Shown: piece after piece, positions 28,250 to 42,892 of the stretch
How the letters are laid out: the number at the start of each line of letters is the position of its first letter
How positions within the stretch are numbered: position 1 is the first letter of the stretch
Source of the DNA: Eledone cirrhosa
Taxonomy: Eukaryota
Direction of reading: 5' to 3'
NCBI GenBank assembly: GCA_964016885.1
Contig: OZ024764.1
Span: 11,594,001-11,658,000, forward strand
Length of the DNA: 64,000 bases
Made by a program: the position numbers and the translations under genes
The notes under the pieces: model-generated
What the model saw: only the letters and a program-made list of their open reading frames with translations
The model's database searches: none
Told to the model about the DNA's origin: nothing

Positions 28250-30645
28250 TATTTAGCCCTAGGCCAGTCATGATCCAGTAGACCTACGATCAAAGATTTG
28301 TTCCGGCTGTGACCATAGTGTATCTAGGACTACATTTTCTAATGCACAGTACAGTCGTTAGTATTAGTGGCTATAGTTGTTGTTTAGCCCTAGGTCAGTC
28401 CTGATCCAGGCGACCTATGATCAGGGTGCTCCATAGTGTATCTAGGACTACATTATCTAATGTACAGAATAGTAGTTAGTATTAGTGGCTATAGTTCTTG
28501 TTTAGCCCTAGGTCAGTCCTGATCCAGTAGACCTATGATCAAAGATGTTCCAGCTGTGACCATAGTGTATCTAGGACTACATTATCTAATGTACAGTACA
28601 GTAGTTCGTATTAGTGGCTATAGTTGTTGTTTAGCCCTAGGTCAGTCCTGATCCAGTAGACCTATGATCAAATATGTCCAACTTTGACCATAGTGTATCT
28701 AGGACTACATTATCTAATGTACAGTACAGTAGTTAGTATTAGTGGCTATAGTTGTTGTTTAGCCCTAGGTCAGTCCTGATCCAGTAGACCTATGATCAAA
28801 GATGTTCCAGCTGTGACCATAGTGTATCTAGGACTACATTATTTAATGTACAGTACAGTAGTTAGTATTAGTGGCTATAGTTGTTGTTTAGCCCTAGGTC
28901 AGTCCTGATCCAGTAGACCTATGATCAAAGATGTTCCAACTGTGACCATAGTGTATCTAGGACTACATTATCTAATGTACAGTACAGTAGTTAGTATTAG
29001 TGGCTATAGTTGTTGTTTAGCCCTAGGTCAGTCCTGATCCAGTAGACCTATGATCAAAGATGTTCCAGCTGTGACCATAGTGTATCTAGGACTACATTAT
29101 CTAATGTACAGTATAGTAGTTAGTATTGGTGGCTATAGTTGTTGTTTAGCCCTAGGTCAGTCCTGATCCAGTAGACCTATGATCAAAGATGTTCCAGCTG
29201 TGACCATAGTGTATCTAGGACTACATTATCTAATGTACAGTATAGTAGTTAGTATTAGTGGCTATAGTTGTTGTTTAGCCCTAGGTCAGTCCTGATCCAG
29301 TAGACCTATGATCAAAGATGTTCCAGCTGTGACCATAGTGTATCTAGGACTACATTATCTAATGTACAGTATAGTAGTTAGTATTGGTGGCTATAGTTGT
29401 TGTTTAGCCCTAGGTCAGTCCTGATCCAGTAGACCTATGATCAAAGATGTTCCAGCTGTGACCATAGTGTATCTAGGACTACATTATCTAATGTACAGTA
29501 TAGTAGTTAGTATTAGTGGCTATAGTTGTTGTTTAGCCCTAGGTCAGTCCTGATCCAGTAGACCTATGATCAAAGATGTTCCAGCTGTGACCATAGTGTA
29601 TCTAGGACTACATTATCTAATGTACAGTATAGTAGTTAGTATTAGTGGCTATAGTTGTTGTTTAGCCCTAGGTCAGTCCTGATCCAGTAGACCTATGATC
29701 AAAGATGTTCCAGCTGTGACCACAGTATATCTAGGACTACATTATCTAATGTACAGTACAGTAGTTAGTATTAGTGGCTATAGTTGTTGTTTAGCCCTAG
29801 GTCAGTCCTGATCCAGTAGACCTATGATCAAAGATGTTCCAGCTGTGACCATAGTGTATCTAGGACTACATTATCTAATGTACAGTACAGTAGTTAGTAT
29901 TAGTGGCTATAGTTGTTGTTTAGCCCTAGGTTAGTCCTGATCCAGTAGACCTATGATCAAAGATGTTCCAGCTGTGACCATAGTGTATCTAGGACTACAT
30001 TATCTAATGTACAGTATAGTAGTTAGTATTAGTGGCTATAGTTCTTGTTTAGCCCTAGGTCAGTCCTGATCCAGTAGACCTATGATCAAATATGTCCAAC
30101 TTTGACCATAGTGTATCTAGGACTACATTTTCTAATGTACAGACAGTAGTTAGTATTAGTGGCTATAGTTGTTGTTTAGCCCTAGGTCAGTCCTGATCCA
30201 GTAGACCTATGATCAAAGATGTTCCAGCTGTGACCATAGTGTATCTAGGACTACATTATCTAATGTACAGTACAGTAGTTAGTATTGGTGGCTATAGTTC
30301 TTGTTTAGCCCTAGGTCAGTCCTGATCCAGTAGACCTATGATCAAAGATGTTCCAATTGTGACCATAGTGTATCTAGGACTACATTATCTAATGTACAGT
30401 ACAGTAGTTAGTATTAGTGGCTATAGTTGTTGTTTAGCCCTAGGTCAGTCCTGATCCAGTAGACCTATGATCAAAGATGTTCCAATTGTGACCATCCAGT
30501 CTTATATACAGACACAGTGTATCTAGGACTACATTATCTAATATATTCAGACTACATAAATATTACTACATTCGTCCAGCCCTGTTTTGAGAGATATTCA
30601 GGAGTGAATCAAAGGATATGTGACTGTTATTTCTAGCATACCACT
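28250..30645 (-). repeat. 129-bp tandem array (~18 units) built from the 3' end of a third SINE family plus flank
   Basis: Unit starts 28501, 28630, 28758, 28887...; minus strand ends GACCTAGGGCTAAAC(AAC)n; the last unit continues into unamplified element sequence including TGCTAGAAATAACAGTCACAT (~30620), a motif also at ~24585, ~31620 and ~40875. Confidence 0.85.
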
Positions 30646-30894
30646 GTGAACCACTATACTTATGGTGATAAATGGGATTTTAAGTTTTATTGCCTCTGAA
30701 TCCCCTTTCAAAATTCTATTCCAGATTCTGTTATGGCCCCTTTTTTATGCCTTGTGAACTCTCCTAGGTTTCCCAGACTGTATCTGTCAGTCACGGAAGG
30801 GAACAGGATAGGGGGAACATTGTGTTTTATTACCTCCAGTGTCTAAAGAGTTCCTGATATTACTTAAGGGTCAAATGTATTTCATTGTAAAGCA

Positions 30895-31510
30895 AGGCAG
30901 GGGGGAGGGGGGAGTAGGATGGTGGTGAGGTGAGGACAGGTAGAGGTTTGTGGAGGGGAGGAGGTTAAGGGAGGCCCAAAGACAGGGTTTGCTGGAGGGT
31001 GGAATAGTGGGGAGATGAGGGTTAGTGGAGGGGAGGAGGGGTAAGTAAGGCTGAATAAGGGGGGAGGAGGGGTAAGTAAGGCTGAAGAAGGGGGAGGAGG
31101 GGTTAAGACTAAACAGAGGTATTGGGATGGGGAGGAGGTGAGATGAGGGATTAGTGGAGGGGGGTAAAAGAGGCTGAAGACTCAAGGTCAAGACTAAACA
31201 CAGATGTGTAGGGGGTGGGATGGGATAGAATAGGGGTGAGACAAGGAGTTAGTGGAGGGGAGGCTGATGACAGTGTGGAGGCGGAGGAGGGGGTCATGGC
31301 TAGATGCAGACATGGTGGTGGTGGTGTGGTGGGGATAAGGGCCTGGTGGTGGGGATAAGGGCCTGGTGGTGGAGACAAGACAGAAAAGGGCTAAGACAGA
31401 AGCGATGTACTTATTGTGGTCGTAAATTTGGGGGCTGCTGTGTGTACGATGGGGTGGAGGGGGTATTGGCGGCGGTGGGGTTGTGTAGGGGATGAAGAGG
31501 AAGGGGCAGT
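30895..31510 (+). other. G/purine-rich low-complexity tract with many GGG runs (G-quadruplex potential)
   Basis: Direct reading. Confidence 0.5.
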
Positions 31511-31689
31511 GTAGGAATTATTATATATAGCCTGTTGATGTCAACATTAACACAAGGGTGATGAGTAATAACATAACATGGGAGAGACATAGAGGTGGGT
31601 GGGGTCAGTTGAGGGAGATTTGGCTGCTATTTCTAGCAAACCTTCCTGCCATAGAGATACACCCTCTTTGTAGAGTTGTTGTTTTGTTT

Positions 31690-32325
31690 GTTTTTGTTTA
31701 GCCCTAGGTCAGTCCTGATCCAGTAGACCTATGATCAAAGATGTTCCAACTGTGACCATAGTGTATCTAGGACTACATTATCTAATGTACAGTACAGTAG
31801 TTAGTATTGGTGGCTATAGTTGTTGTTTAGCCCTAGGTCAGTCCTGATCCAGTAGACCTATGATCAAAGATGTTCCAGCTGTGACCATAGTGTATCTAGG
31901 ACTACATTATCTAATGTACAGTACAGTAGTTAGTATTGGTGGCTATAGTTGTTGTTTAGCCCTAGGTCAGTCCTGATCCAGTAGACCTATGATCGAAGAT
32001 GTTCCAACTGTGACCATAGTGTATCTAGGACTACATTATCTAATGTACAGTACAGTAGTTAGTATTGGTGGCTATAGTTGTTGTTTAGCCCTAGGTCAGT
32101 CCTGATCCAGTAGACCTATGATCAAAGATGTTCCAACTGTGACCATAGTGTATCTAGGACTACATTATCTAATGTACAGTACAGTAGTTAGTATTGGTGG
32201 CTATAGTTCTTGTTTAGCCCTAGGTCAGTCCTGATCCAGTAGACCTATGATCAAAGATGCTCCAACTGTGACCATCCTGTCTTTTATTCAGGCATAGTGT
32301 ATCTAGGACTACATTCTCTAATGTA
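31690..32325 (-). repeat. Second array (5 units) of the same 129-bp repeat
   Basis: Near-identical units including the same flank-like spacer. Confidence 0.92.
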
Positions 32326-32334
32326 TAGTACAAA

Positions 32335-34286
32335 TAAAGTGTGTGTGTATGTGTGGACATTTATGTACACGTGTGAGTAGGTGTGTATGTGTGTGTGTGT
32401 GTATGTGTGAGTAGCTGTGTATGTATGTATGTGTGTGTGGGGCGCATTTATGTACATGTGTATGTGTGAGTAGGTGTGTATGTATGTGTGTGTGTGTGTG
32501 GGCATTTATGTACATGTGTGTATGTGTGAGTAGGTGTGTATGTATGTGTGTGTGTGTGGGCATTTATGTACATATGTGTGTATGTGTGAGTAGGTGTGTA
32601 TGTGTGTGTGTGTGGGGCATTTATGTACATATGTGTGTATGTGTGAGTAGGTGTGTATGTATGTATGTATGTATGTATGTGTGGGGGGGGGGCATTTATG
32701 TACATATGTGTGAATGTGTATGTATGTGTATGTGTATGTGTGTGTGTGTGTGTATTTATGTACATATGTCATCATTTCATCATTTCATTTTATCTCCACT
32801 TTTCCCTGCTTGCAAGGGTGGGACGGGAACTGATTCTGGCTTGATTTCTACAGCTGGATGCCCTTCCTAACACCAACCTCATTTACAGTGGGTGCTGGGT
32901 GCTTTTTTGCCGTGGCACCTCCACGACCACTTTGCAGTGGAATGATAGGGACCCCAGTCCCTATCATCTCATTTCTACAGCTGAGTAAACTGGAGCAATG
33001 TGAAATGAAGTGTCTTGCTCAAGGAAACAACACATCAGCCGGTCTGAGAATTGAACTCACAACCTTTCGATTGCAAGGCCAATGCTCTAACCACTAAGAC
33101 ATGTGCCTCCATATATATGTATGAGTGAATATATATGTATGAGTGGGTGTGTATGTATGTATGTGTGTGTGTGGGCATTTATGTACATATTAGTGAATGT
33201 GTATGTGTGTATGAGTAGGTGTGAGTGTGTATGTGTATGTGTGTGTGTGTGTATTTATGTACATATGTGTGAATATATATTTATGAGTAGGTGTGTATGT
33301 ATGTATGTATGTATGTGTGTGTGGGGGCATTTATGTACATATTGGTGAATGTGTATGTGTGTGAATATATATGTATGTGTAGGTGTGTATGTATGTATGT
33401 GTGTGTGTGTGTGCATTTATGTACATATTGGTGAATGTGTATGTGTGTGTGTATATATATGTATGTGTAGGTGTGTATGTATGTATGTGTGTGTAGGTGG
33501 GCATTTATGTACATATTGATGAATGTGTGTGTGTGTGTGAATATATATGTATGTGTAGGTGTGGATGTATGCATGTGTGTGTGTGTGTGGGCATTTATGT
33601 ACATATTGGTGAATGTGTATGTGTGTGTGTGTGTGTAGGTGGGCATTTATGTACATATTGGTGAATGTGTATGTGTGTGTGTATGTATGTATGTATGTGT
33701 GTGTGTGGGCATTTATGTACATATTGGTGAAGTGTATGTATGTATGTGTGTGTGTGTGTGGGCATTTATGTACATATTGGTGAATGTGTATGTGTGTATG
33801 TATGTGTGTGTGTGGGGGCATTTATGTACATATTAGTGAATGTGTATGTATGTGTGTGTGTGGGCCTTTAATGTACATATTGGTGAATGTGTATGTGTGT
33901 ATGTATGTATTTATGTGTGTGTGTGGGGGCATTTATGTACATATTAGTGAATGTGTATGTATGTGTGTGTGTGGGCCTTTAATGTACATATTGGTGAATG
34001 TGTATGTATGTGTGTGTGTGGGCATTTATGTACATATTGGTGAGTGTGTATGTGTGTGTGTGGGCATTTATGTACATATTGGTGAGTGTGTATGTGTGTG
34101 TGTGTGTGTGGGCATTTATGTACATATTGGTGAGTGTGTATGTGTGTGTGTGTGTGTGTGTGGGCATTTATGTACATATTGGTGAGTGTGTATGTGTGTG
34201 TGTGGGCATTTATGTACATATTGGTGAAGTGTATGTATGTATGTGTGTGTGTGTGTGGGCATTTATGTACATATTCGTGAATGTGT

Positions 34287-34317
<31 letters not shown>

Positions 34318-34645
34318 GGCATTTATGTACATATTGGTGAATGTGTGTGTGTGTGTGTGGGCCTTTAATGTACTTATTGGTGAATGTGTATGTGTGTATG
34401 TATGTATGTATGTATGTATGTGTGTGTGGGGCATTTATGTACATATTGGTGAATGTGTATGTATGTGTGTGTGTGGGCATTTATGTACATATTGGTGAGT
34501 GTGTATGTGTGTGTGTGTGTGGGCATTTATGTACATATTGGTGAATGTGTATGTGTGTATGTATGTATGTATGTATGTATGTGTGTGTGTGTGTGTGGGG
34601 CATTTATGTACATATTGGTGAATGTGTATGTATGTGTGTGTGTCC
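32335..34645. repeat. (TG)n-based minisatellite with GGGCATTTATGTACATATTGGTGAA anchor; contains a SINE insertion
   Basis: Direct reading. Confidence 0.92.
32769..33110 (-). mobile_element. CORE-type SINE family 2, full length
   Basis: Reverse complement of 3407-3752. Confidence 0.88.
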
Positions 34646-34829
34646 ATGAGGGAATGTGTATATGACTATATAAGGAGGTGGTGTGGGAGGTGACGGGGGG
34701 GGGGACTAACTCAATTAAAGCTGTTGTCTATGTCGGTACTAATGAGAAAGTCTTTGACTAACTTGCCTGTAATTGGAACATCTGAGGACTGGATACTGGG
34801 GTAAACTTACTCTCATGTCTGCCATGGAT

Positions 34830-36506
<1,677 letters not shown>

Positions 36507-36708
36507 TAGAAGGAGTATTTAATTTGTTGGAAGTCCGACAAATATAAATGTTTATAACTGATTTAGAGCACTCAACAAGTTACTGGAGTAAATATTCAAT
36601 GATATTAAATAAATTCAATGATATTAATTAAATAAAACTATCCAGTGAATTTCCAACCGATAAGGTATGATTTTCATGGGTATGTCTCTATTTATAAAAC
36701 AAACTTTG

Positions 36709-36772
36709 TATTTTATCTGATGAAAGCGTACCAATGTTGTCTTGGTACCCTTGAAATATATATAATAAAATA
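36709..36772 (+). ncRNA. Minimal type-I hammerhead ribozyme motif in a (TA)n-flanked element (~36503-36815)
   Basis: TATTTTAT-CTGATGA-AAGCGTACCAA/TGTTGTC/TTGGTACCCTT-GAAA-TATATA-TA-ATAAAATA; stem I extendable by TATTTATAAAAC/GTTTTATAAATA. Confidence 0.8.
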
Positions 36773-36811
36773 AATATGGTTTTATAAATATAGTTTCCAT
36801 TTATTTAATAT

Positions 36812-36847
<36 letters not shown>

Positions 36848-37235
36848 AATAAATTATCGTGAATCGGAATCTCGGCCCACGAAATAACGAAACACAATCT
36901 TCGAAATGCATGGCAAAGGGCTCAATAGTTTGGATAAACCAGAGCTATAACTATCGTTTAAGTACCAACACATAGAGACAATGCTTAAAATCATTCGCAC
37001 AGCCGAAAAGACGACCAGGAAAATTCGAGTCACACAAATAATAAATTAATGAATTAATAAATTAAATGAATGAAAAATCTTACAACTCGTCTAATCCAAA
37101 ATTAAGATAAATTAAATGAATTTAATCTAAATCAAAATTATGGGTGTCATGCCAGAAAGACATGCGCCATATCACCCGGAAAATAAGCTCTAAGATTCTA
37201 AGATTCTAATAAGCTCTAAGCTCTAAGAGCATTTT

Positions 37236-37377
37236 TATAATAACTAGAAATTGATTAACATATATATAAACATGAATAATCACAGGAGATAATTTTTGTG
37301 TGGTTACACACTTGTAAAAATTGTCTCCTGTGATTATTCATGTTTATATATATGTTAATCAATTTCTAGTTATTATA
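37236..37377. repeat. AT-rich hairpin, ~62-bp arms, 18-nt loop
   Basis: TATAATAACTAGAAATTG...GAGATAATTTTT / AAAAATTGTCTC...CTAGTTATTATA with one mismatch. Confidence 0.92.
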
Positions 37378-37404
37378 TATATATATATAAATATAAATGA
37401 AAAG

Positions 37405-40090
37405 ATTACAAAGGACATGTTAACACACGTGGACATGCCCACAAAGTAAGAAAACAGCACAGTTCCCATGACTTTCGGAAACATTTTTTCACGCTCAGAG
37501 TTGCTGAAGCATGGAACAAACTACCTGCATCAGTTGTTAGCTGTCGGGACACTGCATCCTTTAAAACCTCCATGGAACAAACTACCTGCATCAGTTGTTA
37601 GCTGTCGAGACACTGCATCCTTTAAAGCCTCCATGGAACAAACTACCTGCATCAGTTGTTAGCTGTCAAGACACTGCATCCTTTAAGGCCTCCATGGAAC
37701 AAACTACCTGCATCAGTTGTTAGCTGTCGAGACACTGCATCCTTTAAGGCCTCCATGGAACAAACTACCTGCATCAGTTGTTAGCTGTCGAGACACTGCA
37801 TCCTTTAAAACCTCCTTGGAACAAACTGCCTACATCAGTTGTTAGCTGTCGAGACACTGCATCCTTTAAAACCTCCATGGAACAAACTACCTGCATCAGT
37901 TGTTAGCTGTCGAGACACTGCATCCTTTAAAACCTCCATGGAACAAACTACCTGCATCAGTTGTTAGCTGTCGAGACACTGCATCCTTTAAAACCTCCTT
38001 GGAACAAACTACCTACATCAGTTGTTAGCTGTCGAGACACTGCATCCTTTAAGGCCTCCATGGAACAAACTACCTGCATCAGTTGTTAGCTGTCGAGACA
38101 CTGCATCCTTTAAGGCCTCCATGGAACAAACTACCTGCATCAGTTGTTAGCTGTCGAGACACTGCATCCTTTAAGGCCTCCATGGAACAAACTACCTGCA
38201 TCAGTTGTTAGCTGTCGAGACACTGCATCCTTTAAAACCTCCTTGGAACAAACTGCCTACATCAGTTGTTAGCTGTCGAGACACTGCATCCTTTAAAACC
38301 TCCATGGAACAAACTACCTGCATCAGTTGTTAGCTGTCGAGACACTGCATCCTTTAAAACCTCCATGGAACAAACTACCTGCATCAGTTGTTAGCTGTCG
38401 AGACACTGCATCCTTTAAAACCTCCTTGGAACAAACTACCTACATCAGTTGTTAGCTGTCGAGACACTGCATCCTTTAAAACCTCCATGGTACAAACTAC
38501 CTGCATCAGTTGTTAGCTGTCGAGACACTGCATCCTTTAAGGCCTCCATGGAACAAACTACCTGCATCAGTTGTTAGCTGTCGAGACACTGCATCCTTTA
38601 AGGCCTCCATGGAACAAACTACCTACATCAGTTGTTAGCTGTCGAGACACTGCATCCTTTAAGGCCTCCATGAGACAAACTACCTGCATCAGTTGTTAGC
38701 CGTCGAGACACTGCATCCTTTAAGGCCTCCATGGAACAAACTACCTGCATCAGTTGTTAGCTGTCGAGACACTGCATCCTTTAAGGCCTCCATGGAACAA
38801 ACTACCTGCATCAGTTGTTAGCTGTCGAGACACTGCATCCTTTAAGGCCTCCATGGAACAAACTACCTACATCAGTTGTTAGCTGTCGAGACACTGCATC
38901 CTTTAAGGCCTCCATGGAACAAACTACCTGCATCAGTTGTTAGCTGTCGAGACACTGCATCCTTTAAGGCCTCCATGGAACAAACTACCTGCATCAGTTG
39001 TTAGCTGTCGAGACACTGCATCCTTTAAGGCCTCCATGGAACAAACTACCTGCATCAGTTGTTAGCTGTCGAGACACTGCATCCTTTAAGGCCTCCATGG
39101 AACAAACTACCTACATCAGTTGTTAGCTGTCGAGACACTGCATCCTTTAAGGCCTCCATGGAACAAACTACCTGCATCAGTTGTTAGCTGTCGAGACACT
39201 GCATCCTTTAAGGCCTCCATGGAACAAACTACCTGCATCAGTTGTTAGCTGTTGAGACACTGCATCCTTTAAGGCCTCCATGGAACAAACTACCTACATC
39301 AGTTGTTAGCTGTCGAGACACTGCATCCTTTAAGGCCTCCATGGAACAAACTACCTGCATCAGTTGTTAGCTGTCGAGACACTGCATCCTTTAAGGCCTC
39401 CATGGAACAAACTACCTGCATCAGTTGTTAGCTGTCGAAACACTGCATCCTTTAAAACCTCCATGGAACAAACTACCTGCATCAGTTGTTAGCTGTCGAG
39501 ACACTGCATCCTTTAAAACCTCCTTGGAACAAACTACCTACATCAGTTGTTAGCTGTCGAGACACTGCATCCTTTAAGGCCTCCATGGAACAAACTACCT
39601 GCATCAGTTGTTAGCTGTCGAGACACTGCATCCTTTAAGGCCTCCATGGAACAAACTACCTGCATCAGTTGTTAGCTGTCGAGACACTGCATCCTTTAAG
39701 GCCTCCATGGAACAAACTACCTACATCAGTTGTTAGCTGTCGAGACACTGCATCCTTTAAGGCCTCCATGGAACAAACTACCTGCATCAGTTGTTAGCTG
39801 TCGAGACACTGCATCCTTTAAGGCCTCCATGGAACAAACTACCTGCATCAGTTGTTAGCTGTCGAGACACTGCATCCTTTAAGGCCTCCATGGAACAAAC
39901 TACCTGCATCAGTTGTTAGCTGTCGAGACACTGCATCCTTTAAGGCCTCCATGCTTCCCGAGATCCGCCAACAGAACAGCTAACACATACACACATGTAC
40001 TTCCCTGACATTTGTGTATTATTCTATGTACTATATTGACGAGTTGTAGTGCACCTGAGCACTTTACACAATAATTTCATTATTATTATA
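37405..40090 (+). mobile_element. CR1-clade LINE 3' end split by an internal 61-bp tandem array
   Basis: NTRGHAHKVRKQHSSHDFRKHFFTLRVAEAWNKLPASVVSCRDTASFK matches the CR1 ORF2 C-terminal pattern TRGH..R..FF..RV...WN.LP..VV....FK; ORF resumes at 39951 (MLPEIRQQNS*); 3' UTR ends (ATT)n. Confidence 0.88.
37511..39950 (+). repeat. 61-bp minisatellite, 40 units
   Basis: Period 61 (37511, 37572); 2440/61 = 40. Confidence 0.95.
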
Positions 40091-40364
40091 TAAAAAAACA
40101 TACGTAGGTGCTTTTATATAAACATTTTCTGACAGTATGTATTCTCCTTTGTAATCCTTTCACTTGGAACCGCTCGGCTTATCTTCTCGCCCGCTAAATA
40201 TTAACGCTTCCAATATTTAACCCTGTCGGCACAAGTATTGAGCACGTATGCACAAGCTATTGGCAACTAACTATATGTATCGCTTATCCTTTTAAACCTC
40301 TTCTTCTTCTCTCTTACGATACTTAACTATTCTCTGTCTCTCTCTCTCTCTATATATATATATA

Positions 40365-40815
40365 TCAGCCAGCCCACACTGTAAAGTGGACGTGTAGACG
40401 CCATGGCAAAAAATCACCCAGCACTCACTGGTTGGTGTTAGGAAGGGCATCCAGCTGTAGAAATGAGATGATAGTACTGGGGTCCCTATCATTCCACTGT
40501 AAATGAGGTTGGTGTTAGGAAGGGCATCCAGCTGTAGAAATGTGATGATAGTACTGGGGTCCCTATCATTCCACTGTAAATGAGGTTGGTGTTAGGAAGG
40601 GCATCCAGCTGTAGAAATGTGATGATAGTACTGGGGTCCCTATCATTCCACTGTAAATGAAGTTGGTGTTAGGAAGGGCATCCAGCTGTAGAAATCAAGC
40701 CAGAATCAGTTCCCGTATGGGCAAGACAAGGTTAGCCGACCAGAAACTGCCCACAACAGGACAACCCGTCTAACCAATGCTAGCATGGAAGAACGGACGT
40801 AAAACGATGATGATA
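40365..40815 (+). mobile_element. RTE-B/SINE-2 tail with a 77-bp internal tandem repeat (~3.5 units)
   Basis: GTTGGTGTTAGGAAGGG starts at 40431, 40508, 40585, 40662; ends with RTE-B tail and (GAT)n. Confidence 0.85.
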
Positions 40816-41015
40816 TATATATATATTTACCTGTCACTCTCCTTTAAAAATTCCACTTTAAATCATCCAACCTGTTAGAAATAACAGCCAAATCTCCCCC
40901 AAATCACTTTCCATCCCTGTGGTTCCCAACCATGGGTTCTCAAACATTTGCACGTCAATATTGTTGGTACTCAATACCCCTTTGCTAAGTTCAAAATTGT
41001 CTGTAGTTTGTTTAA

Positions 41016-42000
41016 TCTTTAGCATTTAAACTGGCCATATCCGGTCAGAATTCTCAAAATAAATAACATCAAAATCTCATAGATTCGATATTATGTGAGG
41101 TAAAGCCTTTACTGTGACAATACAATAGTATATATAGAGTAATGTAAATGTTATGTGAGATATTATGTGAGGTAAAGCCTTTACTGTGAAAATACAATAG
41201 TATATATAGAGTAATGTAAATGTTATGTGAGATAATTATGTGAGGTAAAGCCTTTACCACGAAAATACAATAGTATATATAGAGTAATGTAAATGTTATG
41301 TGAGATATTATGTGAGGTAAAGCCTTTACTGTGAAAATACAATAGTATATATAGAGTAATGTAAATGTTATGTGAGATATTATGTGAGGTAAAGCCTTTA
41401 CTGTGAATATACAATAGTATATATAGAGTAATGTAAATGTTATGTGAGATATTATGTAAGGTAAAGCCTTTACTGTGAAAATACAATAGTATATATAGAG
41501 TAATGTAAATGTTATGTGAGGTAAAGCCTTTACTGTGAAAATACAATAGTATATATAGAGTAATGTAAATGTTATGTGAGATATTATGTGAGGTAAAGCC
41601 TTTACTGTGAAAATACAATAGTATATATAGAGTAATGTAAATGTTATGTGAGATAATTATGTGAGGTAAAGCCTTTACCACGAAAATACAATAGTATATA
41701 TAGAGTAATGTAAATGTTATGTGAGGTAAAGCCTTTACTGTGAAAATACAATAGTATATATAGAGTAATGTAAATGTTATGTGAGATATTATGTGAGGTA
41801 AAGCCTTTACTGTGAATATACAATAGTATATATAGAGTAATGTAAATGTTATGTGAGATATTATGTGAGGTAAAGCCTTTACTGTGAAAATACAATAGTA
41901 TATATAGAGTAATGTAAATGTTATGTGAGATATTATGTGAGGTAAAGCCTTTACTGTGAAAATACAATAGAAAATATAGAGTAATGTAAATGTTAAAGAG
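41016..42000 (-). mobile_element. piggyBac-type MITE copy with expanded 72-bp array
   Basis: TTAA at 41012-41015 and 42001-42004, degenerate TIRs; reverse complement of 2489-3069. Confidence 0.8.
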
Positions 42001-42059
42001 TTAAACTGGGTGACTTAATTTCATAAAACCAGATTTTGATATAAATTGTAAACTTTCAA

Positions 42060-42260
42060 CCCTTTAGCAACTAAACCAGCCATATTTGGCCAGAATTCTC
42101 TCACCTCATTCTGTTCAAACCAGCTGTAACTAGCTGCTCATTCTGATGTTAAATAATATCAAAATCTCATAGATTCAATTTTATGTGGGATAATTATGTG
42201 AGAGAAAGCTTTTACCATGAAAATACAATAATAAATATAGAGTAATGTAAATGGTAAAAA
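42060..42260 (-). mobile_element. Unexpanded (~200 bp) monomeric copy of the same MITE
   Basis: CCCTTTAGCA...GAATTCTCTCACCTC... followed by a single 72-bp segment. Confidence 0.75.
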
Positions 42261-42659
42261 CCTAGTACACACCAATATTATTTAGTATCCATTTTTCTTT
42301 GACATGTCTGAAAGTCTAAGGGATAAGAGAATATTTCCTTGGTTGGGAAGCCTGAGCTAAAAGTTACTATCATCATAATAAAAAAATAAAAAATTAATTT
42401 TAGCGGTTAACCCCTGAAAATTCTTTATTAATACATAGTTCCTATTTAAATTAAAATTTTATATAAGAACCATGTTAAGTTACTTAGTTATGAAATAATT
42501 AATAACTTAAGAAAACCCTAATTCTTCATTAATGGTTTTGGTAACAACCTAGCAGAAACCTGCTCAGACACAGACATACACACAACACATATAATAACAC
42601 ACATATACAGACATACAAACATACATACATATATACACACATATATAATAACACATATA

Positions 42660-42828
42660 ATTGTTTCTACTTTTGGCACAAGGCCAGCAATTACCTAGTA
42701 CATTACTGGTACTTTATTTTATCGACCCGGTAAGGATAAAAGGCAAAGCTAACCAACGGGATTTGAACTCAGAATGGCAAGGGCCGTAACTCTATGCGTC
42801 AAAGCATGGCGCCCAACCCTCTACCGAT
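42660..42828 (-). mobile_element. SINE family 1
   Basis: Reverse-complement body and B box (GGATTTGAACTC). Confidence 0.85.
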
Positions 42829-42892
42829 AACACATATACATACTCACTCTCCATATATCTTTTCAATGGCTGACAATACCTTATCGAGGCCA

